34,047 bases of DNA from Octopus bimaculoides. Its lineage: Eukaryota. This document shows, one piece after another, positions 10,790 through 22,182 of this stretch. The stretch lies in contig NC_068986.1 of NCBI RefSeq assembly GCF_001194135.2, positions 109,730,324 through 109,764,370 on the forward strand, read 5' to 3'. A model generated the notes under the pieces. The model worked only from the letters and a program-made list of their open reading frames with translations. It was not told the origin of the DNA and did no database searches. Made by a program: the position numbers and the translations under genes. The stretch's first letter is position 1. Each line of letters opens with the position of its first letter.

Positions 10790-11360
10790 AGTTGTCACCT
10801 ACTCTCCCTTACATTATAATTATTTAACATTTGCTCTTAATATTTCCCTCTCTTGCCCATTTCCTACCTCACTCTCCCATACACTGTTCCAACCTCTAGT
10901 CACCCACACTTCCTATTCTCTTGCCCCCTTTCTCTTCTGCTCACCTACCTTTAGGGTTCACCATGGCATTTTGATGCCACTATTTTATCACTTTCCAGAT
11001 CCATCCTGGTTACTCTCTTCTTCTCTCCTATAATGCGAGAATCTATGTAGCTCCTCTACAGCAAGAAACCTTTCCTGTTCTGGCCCCTTGTTTCCCACTT
11101 TATTCCCTCATCCCAAAGCATAAAGCTGCGTCCCTCTCTACTGTAGCCTCACTTAGTCAAAAGGGATCTTAGTTTTGCTGGCTGCACAGCAAGCTCACTA
11201 GTGTTGATACCATATAAAAATCACCCAGTATATAGTGTAATGTGGTTGGTGTTAGAAAGAGCATTCAGTTGTAGAAACCATGCCAAAGTAGACAGTGGAA
11301 TGTGATGCAGTCTTCAGAGCTGTCAAACAATCTGACCCATGCTAGTGCGGAAGATGGACA

Positions 11361-11396
<36 letters not shown>

Positions 11397-11406
11397 AATG
11401 ATGATG
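10790..11406 (+). mobile_element. Long form of family B (pyrimidine-rich leader plus B tail)
   Basis: Leader shares gtagctcctctacagcaagaaacct with gtatctcctctacagaaagacacct near 19980; ends in the B tail and (GAT)n. Confidence 0.6.
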
Positions 11407-12147
11407 GGGATTATGTAGGCTGCTATAATGACTGACAGTGGTGATAGTAGGATCTATTTTTGCATTACAAACAAACTAAAAAGATTACAGCTTTAAATAT
11501 ACATCTGCTGTTTATTTAATAATTATGAAATTTTAGACAAGTAGGTTACACATCTTGCTTTTGTATACATTAATGTCTGTCATCATTGTTCCTCTCTACA
11601 GCTGGACCTTATGGTAGATGTAAACAGGGAAGGTTAAGCATAGCAAGCCAACCCAATGATAGTAAATTTGGATGTTGAATATAATTAATAAAACAAGCTA
11701 TAAATAATATAAGACTCGTCTTACGCCTGCAGAGTTGTTCCTTTTGCATAAGAAATGGGTTCAGTGTGAAGTGTTAGAATTTATCTGTTCTTCATGGTAC
11801 ACTTATTCCCATTTTTGTGAAGTTTATAATGTATGCAGATAGCTTCTGTGTGATGGTGATTGGTAGATGGATGGGGGTAGTAATTTCATCCAGGTGTTTG
11901 TGTTTTAATTATTTATGTCTTAAAGATAGCAGCTGCAACATGAGCAATAGCAGCCAAGTCAGTGAGAGAGCCTATATGCAGTTACACAGTCTGCTAGAAA
12001 CAGCAACCAAATTTCCCTTTTATCATATCCTATTAGTTTGCCCTCCCTGTCACCAACCCTCATCTGTTTCCAAGTAAAGTAATGTTTCCCCATGACCAGA
12101 CATGTTTTCTTGTGATGTCAAGACTAGGAGACACAAACATGCACACA

Positions 12148-12362
12148 CAAGGGAGTGTTGGAAAGTTCTTGGCTTTAAGGGAACCGTGAAAAGTCTGGCT
12201 GGAGGCCCAGCCTTCTGAGTTCTTTTACAGGGTTTAAGAACTGAAGAACCACTGCAATAAGTGTGTGAATCTGGGAGGGGAATATGTTGAATAAAATCAT
12301 AATTAACTGATCCTCCTGTATTTTCTTTTATCCAAAACCAGAAACTTTTTAGCACCCTCTCA
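12148..12362 (+). mobile_element. Mariner internal-deletion derivative (MITE-like)
   Basis: Imperfect TIRs caagggagtgttggaaagttcttggcttt / aaaaccagaaactttttagcaccctctca, followed by TA. Retains the mariner C-terminus ELKNHCNKCVNLGGEYVE*. Confidence 0.8.
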
Positions 12363-12383
12363 TATATATATATATATATATAC

Positions 12384-12462
12384 AGTGGGATTCTTTCAGT
12401 TTCCATGTACTAAATCCACTCACAAGGCTTTGGTCAAATCATGACTATAAAAGAAGATACTT
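12384..12462 (-). mobile_element. Family C SINE fragment
   Basis: ttctttcagtttcc...aaatccactcacaaggctttggtc next to (TA)n. Confidence 0.75.
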
Positions 12463-13319
12463 TTAAAGAAAGACAAAATGGAATGGTCATGACTGGAATG
12501 CCTTTGATCATAAGTCTGTTGAATCAGGAATCACTTGGAGCTAAACAACCAGATAAGCAGAGGACATTTATAATTGATCAGACTCATGATTAAAAGTATT
12601 CCAACCATGACTATCTTGTCTGTTTAAGAGAATCCAGGACTTGGTGTCCATGTCCATTGTGTCTCCTCCAAGATGTGATTTGAAGGATTTTTCCAGATGC
12701 TATTTTCAGCAGATCAGGTAACACCAAAATGGTTCTCTTGTTGGCTCAACTAGGACTTATGCAGCAACAGCAGCAGCAGTAGTCTGGTGATCTCTGTTCA
12801 AAGCCACTGCAGTTGCGACTCTTTTCTCTGACCCTTTTCTCAGGCACATTATATAAGGATCACATAGTCCAATGTATCCCCCCTTTCATCAGGCAATAGA
12901 TGAGCAATGACTCTGAAACTAGTCTCTGGATGCTGGCTTTGCTGGATGGAAGTGCTTATCTCCCCTTTGAAAACATAAGGACACAGGAAATGTGTCAAGG
13001 CCAACAGGAAACGGTATTTCCTAGGGCTAAATAGCAGTAGCATTCTTCCCTTTCATGGGACTGCCACATTAAGTTGACAACATACCATCACTTTAATGGA
13101 ATATTATTTGTTGAAAATTTGGCTGCTATTTCTGTCAAGCCATATTCCTGTCAATTGCAAAGAGGCTTCCTTGGACTAGTATTTCGGGTGAAATTTCACA
13201 ATAAGTAATGAAATAAGCCTGGACATTGACCAAGTTGAGACCTGGTCAAAGACAAAAGATTTATGAAGTGAAAACTGAAGAAAGGGAATAGAAGATTGGA
13301 AATCATGAAGACTTTTGTT

Positions 13320-13620
13320 TCAATTTTTTAATTGCTGGCTCTGAAGAAAAAGGCAGTGCCCAGGCCCTCATAGCTCAACTCAAACCCCAGACCCAGTGAA
13401 ATTGGTGCCATTAATGTTTGTCATGAATCTTTGTAAATCAACCCTTGAGTAGGGAGGGAATTCCAAAGGGATGCAATTCTGGTAAGGAAGGACTGGCTAT
13501 GGTGATTAGTGTAGGGCTTGAGGTTGGAGAGATGAGTGGGTTGGGAATGCTAAATTGGAGGTGGTGAGAGGAGCAGGGGTCATTACAGTAGCAGAGGAGG
13601 CAGCATGGTTGTGGGTCAGG
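13320..13620 (-). mobile_element. Decayed CR1/Jockey-group LINE 3' fragment
   Basis: Minus strand translates PYTNHHSQSFLTRIASLWNSLPTQ near 13450-13530. Confidence 0.7.
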
Positions 13621-13668
13621 GGTTGGGGCTTCCCTGTAAGGGACTTTCTATTGGTTTCACGTGAATTG

Positions 13669-14090
13669 ATCCAGTTCACAATGGAAATGAACCAAAAGGA
13701 ACTTTTTTGGATATTCTAATAATTAAGGAAAATCAGACAGTTATAAGTGATCTGTACTGCAAGGATACAGGCACAAACCAATACTTAGGTTTTAGATCTT
13801 GATACCCTTCCTTTGCAAAAAGGAACAGTTCAGTATGGCAAGATGTTTATGCTCAATAGTTGCAGACACAAAGAGACAAGAGAAACGGCCAGTTGAATGA
13901 AATATGTTCCTTCAAAAACAGAAATTCCTCCGAAAAGTTAACAAATCATGCCATAATCAAAAGAAAATCCGATCTATGCCTTATACCAAAATACTCATGC
14001 TAAGAGTGAAAACGAAAATACAAATATATTTCTTCCATTTGTAGTCATCCATAACCCCAGGAAACACAACATCCTATATTCAACCAAACA
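13669..14090 (+). mobile_element. Penelope-like element RT fragment
   Basis: Frameshifted translation IQFTMEMNQKEL/FLDILIIKENQTVISDLYCKDTGTNQYLGFRS*YP../SMARCLCSIV..LPFVVIHNP, matching PLE RT motifs FTxE, LPFLD, TxxYLxFxSxHP and LPFVTTHNP. Confidence 0.8.
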
Positions 14091-14402
14091 GGAGGAGGAG
14101 GAGAGAGAGTAAATAATAGTTAGAGGAGGAGTTATACAAATGAGAAATCTTATTTGACTGTATTTTAAGGTGATAAATAGTTTTCTTTAGAAAAATTTAA
14201 TTTCATCATTTTGTACAAGGATGAAGAAATTTAACAAAAGTTAAATTATAATTATTGCATGTATATTATATTTCCAATATTATTTATGGTGGTGAAAGTA
14301 TTATCCTCCCAAAGTTACTCATCATTTGACTGGTAACACTAATAAAAGAATAATGTTAATAATATAGACTCCATGTTGCAAGGGTTCTGCCATTCTTTAA
14401 AG

Positions 14403-14642
14403 CAGAGCTTCTCTTTTAAGGGGCCACATAGAATTTTGCTGCTAAAATTTATGTACAATAAACTGGTTAAACTTCTGCAATAAAACAAAATATTTTAACT
14501 TCTTAAACATTTCCTAAAAATATTTAATTACAAAATTATAACAGAATATTTTTTTCAAAAAGGTCAAATGGCTATGGGGGTCCAATAGAGTGAAATAGGG
14601 ATAAAATGGGGTCCATAGGCAAAAAATAGTTGAGAAATACTG
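14403..14642. mobile_element. hAT (Charlie-like) MITE, degenerate
   Basis: Ends cagagcttctc...gttgagaaatactg (8/11 inverted match), subterminal ggggtcca motifs, and 8-bp flanks cttTAaag / agcTAaag. Confidence 0.5.
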
Positions 14643-15599
14643 AGCTAAAGTGATGCAGATGTTTAAAGAAAAATGATGCTCCAAAAGATACCTGAAGGAG
14701 ACAAAAGACAAAATAATAAAGAATTTCAGTCAAAGAAGTATTGAGACTGTTTTTGTTTTACTTACCTCCTTCATCAACTTTTTAGCAACTTTTCAGCTCA
14801 GTCACATGATCATATAACCTTTAATCTCTTTCCCCCAAGACAGGAGGTCAGTAATCCAAAATTTCCAGAGAAGAATCTTATAAGAAAAGAAGATTCAATT
14901 TGGTTTTGCAAAGTTAAAGAATATGTCCTTAAAAATGAACTACTGTTACGAAACCAGCGAGGAATATTTTACAGACTTTATGGAGCAGGTTGATGGACGA
15001 GGATGGTGATGAGAATCGCAACTGTGAGGATGATGAGAAGAGAGTGCTTTCTGGTGAGAAAATTAAACTATAAAACTTGCTGCTTTTTTTTTTTTTTTAC
15101 ACCACAAAAAAAGTATCAGAGAAAATGGCAGCAATGCGTGGTTTGTTCTAGGGACTTGATGGACACTAGCTAAGTAATCTGATCGCACAGAAGCCAACAC
15201 ATCGTGGAGCCAGTGAAGTAAGCAGGCTTTGTCCACCAAATGAAAACACCATTCAGTCAGTGTATTTCTGATAAAAAGTAAATAAATGTCTAAAAAGATA
15301 ACAAAAATTCTAGAGAAAGCCAAAGAATACAGAAGCCATCTTTATTTCAGAGCAACAATTTTTTTTATTTTTTTTATTTCTCACAACACAAAGTGGCTTG
15401 TTTGAAACAGAAANNNNNNNNNNNNNNNNNATCATCATCATCATTGTTGTTACTATTAACATAGAATCAAATGACATCCTAGCATCCTAGTTAACCAGTC
15501 ACTGAATAGAGATGAATTTCTTTCAGTTTCACTGATGCAGTCATCGGCCTGTCAACAGACGAGGTGTCGACATAAGAAATAGAAACACAAAACATACAT

Positions 15600-15603
<4 letters not shown>

Positions 15604-15644
<41 letters not shown>

Positions 15645-15701
15645 TATAAATATATACATACACTCACACACAGGTATAAATATATACATACACTCACATG
15701 A

Positions 15702-15735
<34 letters not shown>

Positions 15736-15849
15736 TATATATGAGAGTGAGAGATATACACACATTCATACACATGCATACATATATATCATTATCATTT
15801 AACATCCACTTTTCCATCCTTGCATATACACACACACATGCGTATATTA

Positions 15850-15904
<55 letters not shown>

Positions 15905-15905
15905 G
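15604..15905. repeat. Compound (CA)n/(TA)n/(CT)n microsatellites
   Basis: Directly visible. Confidence 0.95.
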
Positions 15906-16088
15906 ATATCGCAAGCTATAAATCTGTTAGGTCAGAATTAATTCCCAATGACTGTAAACAGTCCATTATTCAAACATTATATATACATTATATATACTTT
16001 ATTATACATTATATATTTTACTATTTATTGTGTCGTTTACCAAACATTTATGGTTTTTCCCTCCTATCAACCTTCAATGTTTTCTAAC

Positions 16089-16094
<6 letters not shown>

Positions 16095-16165
<71 letters not shown>
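16095..16165 (+). repeat. Long pure (AC)n microsatellite
   Basis: Directly visible. Confidence 0.95.
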
Positions 16166-16167
<2 letters not shown>

Positions 16168-17427
16168 GTGCTTATCTGCAAACAAACATAAATAAAACTA
16201 AACAAAATATTAAGAATGAAGGCAGTTTTACGAAATCTGGAGAAAAAAAAATTTGGAGATAAAGATTAAAAAATATCAAAACAAAAACAAGCCTTGAAAT
16301 TTTCATTTGACAAGGAGTGATGTTAGATTATCGTAATTCTAGGATTTCTAAAGAATTCATTCCTATAGAACAAGCAAGGATTGCAGCAGAGTTCATAGAT
16401 TCTGTTATTTTAAAAAGATGCTTAAATTTTAAATATTTTGTCATTTTCTATTATCTGTATTTTGCTAAATTTTGTGTGTGTGTGTGTGTGTGTGTTAGGT
16501 GAGAGGGTGGAAGCTTGATAAGTAGTTGTTCTTCTTGTTATTATTATTGTTATAGTATTATTGTTCAGAGTTTCCATGCCTGTTTAGAAGAATTATTGTC
16601 AGTTGGTGCAGAATGGTGCAACTTAGTTTTAATTTATTTTTGAGATCACCTCGCTTCACTTACATGGCTAAAACTCTTTAGAAAGGCATGATTGTAAATA
16701 TTTTAATGTTCCCTTTAAAGATCCCACTTTTCATGCTTATCTAAGAAACAATTATTTATCAAGTTAGCCTATCTTAACTGTTAACATCTGATAGAAACTG
16801 TTTTTGCTTTTTTTTTCTGGGTATTTCTAACTAAACTATAAATTACTTGGTGTGAATCAAACCAAAACAGCTATTATTTAGAAAGCTAAACTTTGCTCTA
16901 TTTAGACGAAGGCCTATTCTCTTCCACCACTATTTTTCGTGCTTATTATAATGATATAAAAAAAATAAAAACAAAAACACCTAAACAAGCATATTATGCT
17001 AGAAATATCTAGTTTATATAACATTTTTGCTGTTGCCTGGAATAGATCAGGGAATAGGAATCTGCTTCAGTCACTGGTCATGCTTGGTTGATTATATTTG
17101 GCACTTCATACCTGACTGCTCACAGCTCACTGGTTATATTTAAATGATAAATAAATGGAGAAATAGCAATTGTGTGGAGACTTTAGCAAAAATTCAGCAG
17201 ACACTTGAAGACACTTGAAGACATATCTGAAGATGATACATGTTTAAGATGAACTTCTTCAGTGCAGTCCATTAAAATGTTAGATGGAAGGAAATTATTT
17301 GCTGGTCCAATTATTTGTGCTGGCATATTTCTTTGTCTGCTTTGTTACATTTAGAGAATTTGAATGGCAGAAAATGAGAAGACTGCATTAAAAAGTGTGT
17401 CAACAAGTTAGTTTTTGACTTTTTGCG

Positions 17428-17613
17428 ACTCTAGGCATAAAGCCCAAAATTTTTGGGTAGGAGGCCAGTTGGTTAGATCAACACCAGTACGGGTACTTAA
17501 TTTATCGACCCTGAAAGGATGAAAGGCAAAGTCAACCTCGGCGGAATTTGAACTCAGAACATAAAGACAGATGAAATATCAATAAGCATTTCGCCCAGCG
17601 TGCTAACGTTTCT
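17428..17613 (-). mobile_element. Family A SINE, tail type 1, head overlapped by the next copy
   Basis: taggcataaagcccaaaattt...atttatcgaccctgaaaggatg...gtgctaacgtttct. Confidence 0.85.
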
Positions 17614-17765
17614 TATTTCTTTATTACCCACAAGGGGCTAAACATAGAGGGGACAAACAAGGACAGACAAACGGACTATGTCGATTACATCGACCCCAGA
17701 GCATAACTGGTACTTAATTTATCGACCCCAAAAGGATGAAAGGCAAAGTCAACCTCGGTAGAATT
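17609..17765 (-). mobile_element. Family A SINE, tail type 3, 5'-truncated
   Basis: tttcttatttctttattacccacaag...gtcgattacatcgacccc...aaggcaaagtcaacctcgg. Confidence 0.85.
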
Positions 17766-18547
17766 ATAGAATATCTGTATAATTTTACCTAAAAAAGGTT
17801 ATTTTAATGTACCGAACCGCTTGGTAAAATTATTAATTACTAATTAATTGATCAATTAATTAATTAATTTTACCCTTTTATTATTATTGAAATATATGTA
17901 ATATATGTGTAGTCATTAGCCCAGCTAGATGGTTTACAGCAGACACACCATTCAAATCTCACAGGAAATATTACAGCTTTTTCCATCATTTTCATCAATA
18001 TTATTAAATGTTATAATTTATTAGTCACTGCACTCACCGTCATGAATAGGAATGTGAAAACATAAGTTATTGCTGTTGTTTAACCAGGTTATTATTGTTT
18101 GAACAGATTAATGATAAAAGGTATTCACCCTGCCCCAAATACACATATCCCTTCCCCTTGCTGAGATGATAGGGAGTAACAGGAGGGAGATTTGGCTGCC
18201 ATTTCTAACCGGCCAATCAGTCAGGTAGAAGTTATTTTTTGCTTCATGGAGTTATTGCTAAGATACAGAATTTTTTCAAATTCAAAGATATCTCCATAAG
18301 CAAAGAATAAAGAGAGAGAGAGAGAGACAGATAGACAGACAGACAAGCAGACTGACAGACAGACAGGGAAAGAAAAAGATAATGTAAGATAAATATTTAG
18401 TTTAGAGTATATTTGAGATTATTTCAAATCAATCTAAACAATATGTATATAAATGCAGCTCTGTAACGCAACTGCTTTTAATAAAACTGCAAATATGTGT
18501 GCACTATTTATATATATATTCACAAGGTCAGTGAAGGTTAAATATGC

Positions 18548-18919
18548 AACATTCCAGAATAACATTATGGCATAGATATCATTCCAGAATGATACAACAG
18601 TGTTACTATCATTCCAGAATTATAATACAATATCAATACAATTTCAAAATGATAATAGTCCAGCACAATTACCATTGCAGAATTACAACAGAACATCAAT
18701 ATTGATCCAAAGTTATAACACCAACACTATCATTCCAAAATATTTATACTGTGCTGATTCTGGAATGGTAGTAGTGTTATGCTATCATTCTGGAATGATA
18801 ATATAGCAGCACCATTACCGTTCCAGAATTATAATTGACCATCAATATCATTCCAGAATTATAATTGACCATCAATATCATTCCAGAATTATAATTGACC
18901 ATCAATATCATTCCAGAAT
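18548..18919. repeat. ~30-bp minisatellite, about 13 units, with an inverted two-unit block
   Basis: Core ATTCCAGAAT (some copies degenerate) at 18551, 18581, 18611, 18641, 18674, 18704, 18732, 18820, 18850, 18880 and 18910; reversed core ATTCTGGAAT at 18757 and 18787. Confidence 0.9.
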
Positions 18920-18926
18920 CATTGTA

Positions 18927-19636
18927 CAGAGTATAATGGGTAAATTGTCACCATTTTATATTTTTAATTTTGTGCTTGCACATTGTTTGTTTTGATTTTG
19001 TCGAATACAAGGTATAGTAGGGTCAGTTGGGCACTGTCTGTGAAAAAAACAGCACCATGATAAAATTCACTCTGCCAGAAATTTGGAAACGACATGCTGT
19101 ACTGCTTGGCATTCACAATGGAAGCTTCAATATGAACATTTCAGAGTGTTTGGGTGTCAATCTGAGGACATGTACCGAGAGTGATAAAAATCAAACATCC
19201 AATCAACATCATGATGTTTGGAGGGATCACTCGTGATGGTGACATTATGCTTCCATTCATCTTCCCACACAGCCTCACACTCAAAATGGAAGCCTACATC
19301 AAGTGCCTAGAAGAAGTAGTGCTGTCCTGAGTTGAGAGGCTGGCTGCTGGAAGACCGTATGTCTGTCAACAGGACTCTACACCATGCCACACAAGCAGAA
19401 GAACCCAGTCATGGCTGTCAGACAATTTCTGCGACCACATCACTCGTTACAGCTGAGTACCTAACTCCCCAGACTGCAACACCCTTGATTATTATGTGTG
19501 GAACGCGTTTGAGTGAGAGACCAACAAAACTCCTTGTAACACCAAAGATGAACTGAAGGCAAGGATTATGGCAGCATTCACCAACTTAAACAAGGAGACC
19601 ATCCAGAAGAGTTCCAGTAGGTTCCGAAGTCGTCTA
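18927..19636 (+). mobile_element. DD37D (maT/Bmmar1-type) Tc1/mariner transposon remnant, internally deleted, right end missing
   Basis: TA|CAGAGTATAATGGG left end; ATG at 19057. Frame from 19181 reads KHPINIMMFGGI..QQDSTPCHT..PNSPDCNTLDYYVW with exactly 37 residues between D(19373) and D(19487), and three in-frame TGA stops. Confidence 0.9.
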
Positions 19637-20298
19637 CATTTCCCCAACATCTCTTCCCCTACCCATGATTACCACCCACTGCTGCCCTCCACTCTCCCTC
19701 ATATGCCTACCTGCACACACTTCCCATGCCCTCACATATCTACCATTGCCCCCAATCACTCCAACTTGTCTTACCATCACTTGCTGTAGTCATCTCTCCT
19801 TCATCTCTAAACACCTGATTTCACACTCTTATCGAACATCCACCCTCTATCCCTTCAGTGCATTCATATTCCACCCCCTCTGTACTTTGCTGGTATGTCC
19901 CAATACATCTCCAGCACCATCTATTTCTATCTTTCACTCTATCTTTCTTTCCTTCTCTTTCTTTTCTTGCTGGAGTAGCTGAGTATCTCCTCTACAGAAA
20001 GACACCTATCTCTATCCCTCTTTTATACTTTAACTTCTCAAACTGGCACAGATCTACATCCCTCTGTACCACTCCCTCTCTCAGGTGAGGGATCTTTGTT
20101 GGGTAACACTGCTGGTACCACATGAAAAGCACCCAATATACTTTGTAAAGTGGTTGGTATTCAGAAGGACATCCGGCCATAGAAACCATACCGAAGTAGA
20201 CAAAGGAGTCTGGGGCAGTTCTCTGGCCTGCCAGTTCTTGTCAAACTGTCCAACCTATCCCAGCTTGGAAAACGAATGTTGAATAACGATGATGAAGA
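19637..20298 (+). mobile_element. Long form of family B
   Basis: Pyrimidine-rich leader followed by the B tail and gatgatgaag. Confidence 0.65.
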
Positions 20299-20394
20299 AT
20301 TAAAATTTAAGATCCTCCCCAAACAATGACAACTTGCATAACCAAGGATTATCCATCTCATTTTGAAGTGCTAATCACAATCATATTCATTCAA

Positions 20395-20587
20395 GGTGTC
20401 ACGTAAAAAGCACCCACTAAACTCTCGGAGTGGTTGGCATTAGGAAGGGCATCCAGTTGTAGAAACCTTGCCAAATTTGATCGGAGCCTGGTGCAGCCTC
20501 CTGGCTTGCTAGTCCTCAGTCAAACCGTCCAACCCATGCCAGCATGGAAAGTGGATGTTAAACGATGATGATGATGAAGAAGAAGAA
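20395..20587 (+). mobile_element. Family B tail, well preserved
   Basis: ggagtggttggcattaggaagggcatccagttgtagaaacc...aacccatgccagcatggaaagtggatgttaaacgatgatg. Confidence 0.9.
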
Positions 20588-20819
20588 GGAAAGTCAGCCA
20601 TTAAAAACCAAAGATTTCTTTCAATCATCGCATTGGAAGTGATTTCCTATTTCTTCCTCCACACCCAAATGAAAATCTAGACATGGCTAAATACACAAAT
20701 TCTTAGCAGTCATCAATTATAATAGTTTCACTGCTTGTGTCATCAGGGATTTACAAGGTATGTGGACTGATCTAACAATTGTCATACCTTAGCTTGGGAC
20801 TCAGAATTGTTATCTTGGC

Positions 20820-21230
20820 TGTTCTTGTCATCGTAGCTGTTTAGCCTATATGTGGGTCCAATTCAAACAGACATCATAAAAAGTATTCCATTCATGCCAA
20901 GGTATAGTGTACCTTAGATTAAATCACTTCTTTTGCCTGTTTATAAAATGGTGTGATTTAAGAGAAATTTAGCCACCATTTCTAACATACAGACTGACAC
21001 ATATAGGCCCCTTTGCTGGCTTGCGATATGAACAGTCATCAACAACATATCAACTTTTGTTGATGAAACCAATGACGAAAGGCATTCCAGCCATGACAGT
21101 CCTATCTTAATTTCAGTCATATATGCAATTCTAAATGCACTGTTTTCTTTTCTTTAACAGTTGTGTATAATTTGTGAGAGATGTAGCCTCTATTTCTAGC
21201 AGGCCAAGTGACCACATAAAAGCTCCCCTA
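20820..21230 (+). repeat. Two degenerate family F copies
   Basis: aaaggcattccagccatgac and tatttctagcaggccaagtgaccacata motifs. Confidence 0.55.
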
Positions 21231-21521
21231 GCTTTTAATCTGGCACCCTACTGACAGAGACAGAATCACACTGTGATTTGCAGCGCATACAGAACAGGAT
21301 ACTTATTTATCACAAGTTAATTAAGCTAATAACCTTCCTTCTGCTCGCTGGCTTCCAACCGTTTTTCTTTAATATTACAGCAGACAATGAAAATAATGTT
21401 GGTGCAGTCCAAATGACTCACTTCAGAAAAATAAGAAAATGTAGGTACTTTTTCCTAATAAAAGAAAATCTGTACAACACTACACAGGATAAATATTATT
21501 ATTAGGTCACATCTACTTAAA

Positions 21522-21680
21522 TCATCATCTTAACGTATACTTTTCCATGCTTACTTGGGTCAAACAGATTTCATTGAAGCAGATTTTCTATGTCTGGAGG
21601 CTCTTCCCGTCACTAACCCTTCACCTGTTTTCTCATGGGCAGACAGGCTTTTCATAAACGACTGGAAAATGAACATTACT
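21522..21680 (-). mobile_element. Family B2 tail
   Basis: Similar to 3820-3960. Confidence 0.7.
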
Positions 21681-21689
21681 CATTTACAC

Positions 21690-21984
21690 AAAAGCACCAT
21701 TCAAGCGTGACTGATGCCAGTGCCACCTGACTGGCACCTGTGCTGGTAGTACATAAAAAGCACTATTTGAGCATGGTCAATGCCAGTGCCGCCTGACTGG
21801 CACCCGTGCCAGTGGTCTGTAGAAAGCACCTACTACACTCTCAGAGTTGTTGGCATTAGGAAGGGCGTCCAGCTGTAGAAACCTTGCCAAATCAGATTGG
21901 AGCCTGGTGCAGCCTCCTGGCTTGCCAGTTCTCAGTCAAACCATCCAACCCATGCCAGCATGGAAAGCAGATGATGATGATGAC
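21690..21984 (+). mobile_element. Family B tail with repeated ctggcacc(t/c)gtgc leader
   Basis: Canonical B tail ending in (GAT)n. Confidence 0.9.
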
Positions 21985-22009
21985 ATAATGTCAAGGCAAG
22001 GGTACACAC

Positions 22010-22132
22010 ACAATCATCAAATCATCATAATTTAACATCACCTTTTCTATACTGGCATGGGTTGGCTGGTTCAATAGGAACCAACGAACCAGACAGCCGT
22101 GCTGAGCTCCAATGTCTACTTTGGCAAGACTT
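22010..22132 (-). mobile_element. Family B tail, truncated
   Basis: catcataatttaacatc...actggcatgggttgg...ctccaatgtctactttggcaag. Confidence 0.7.
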
Positions 22133-22182
22133 CTTTCCTTAGATACCGTTCCAAATTCCAACCACTTCACACATTTTGCTGA

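Noticed and set aside
14985-15015. MDEDGDE resembling the RBM8A/Y14 N-terminus
   Set aside because: Only 7 low-complexity residues match and no RRM follows.
17276-17412. Small ORF MLDGRKLFAGPIICAGIFLCLLCYI and a possible MAENEKTALKSVST exon with a GTTAGT donor
   Set aside because: No recognisable homology and weak splice context; expected by chance.
18548-18919. CRISPR-like array
   Set aside because: Eukaryotic context, no cas genes, core of only ~10-18 bp, and linkers are mutually related (three identical), so it is a minisatellite.
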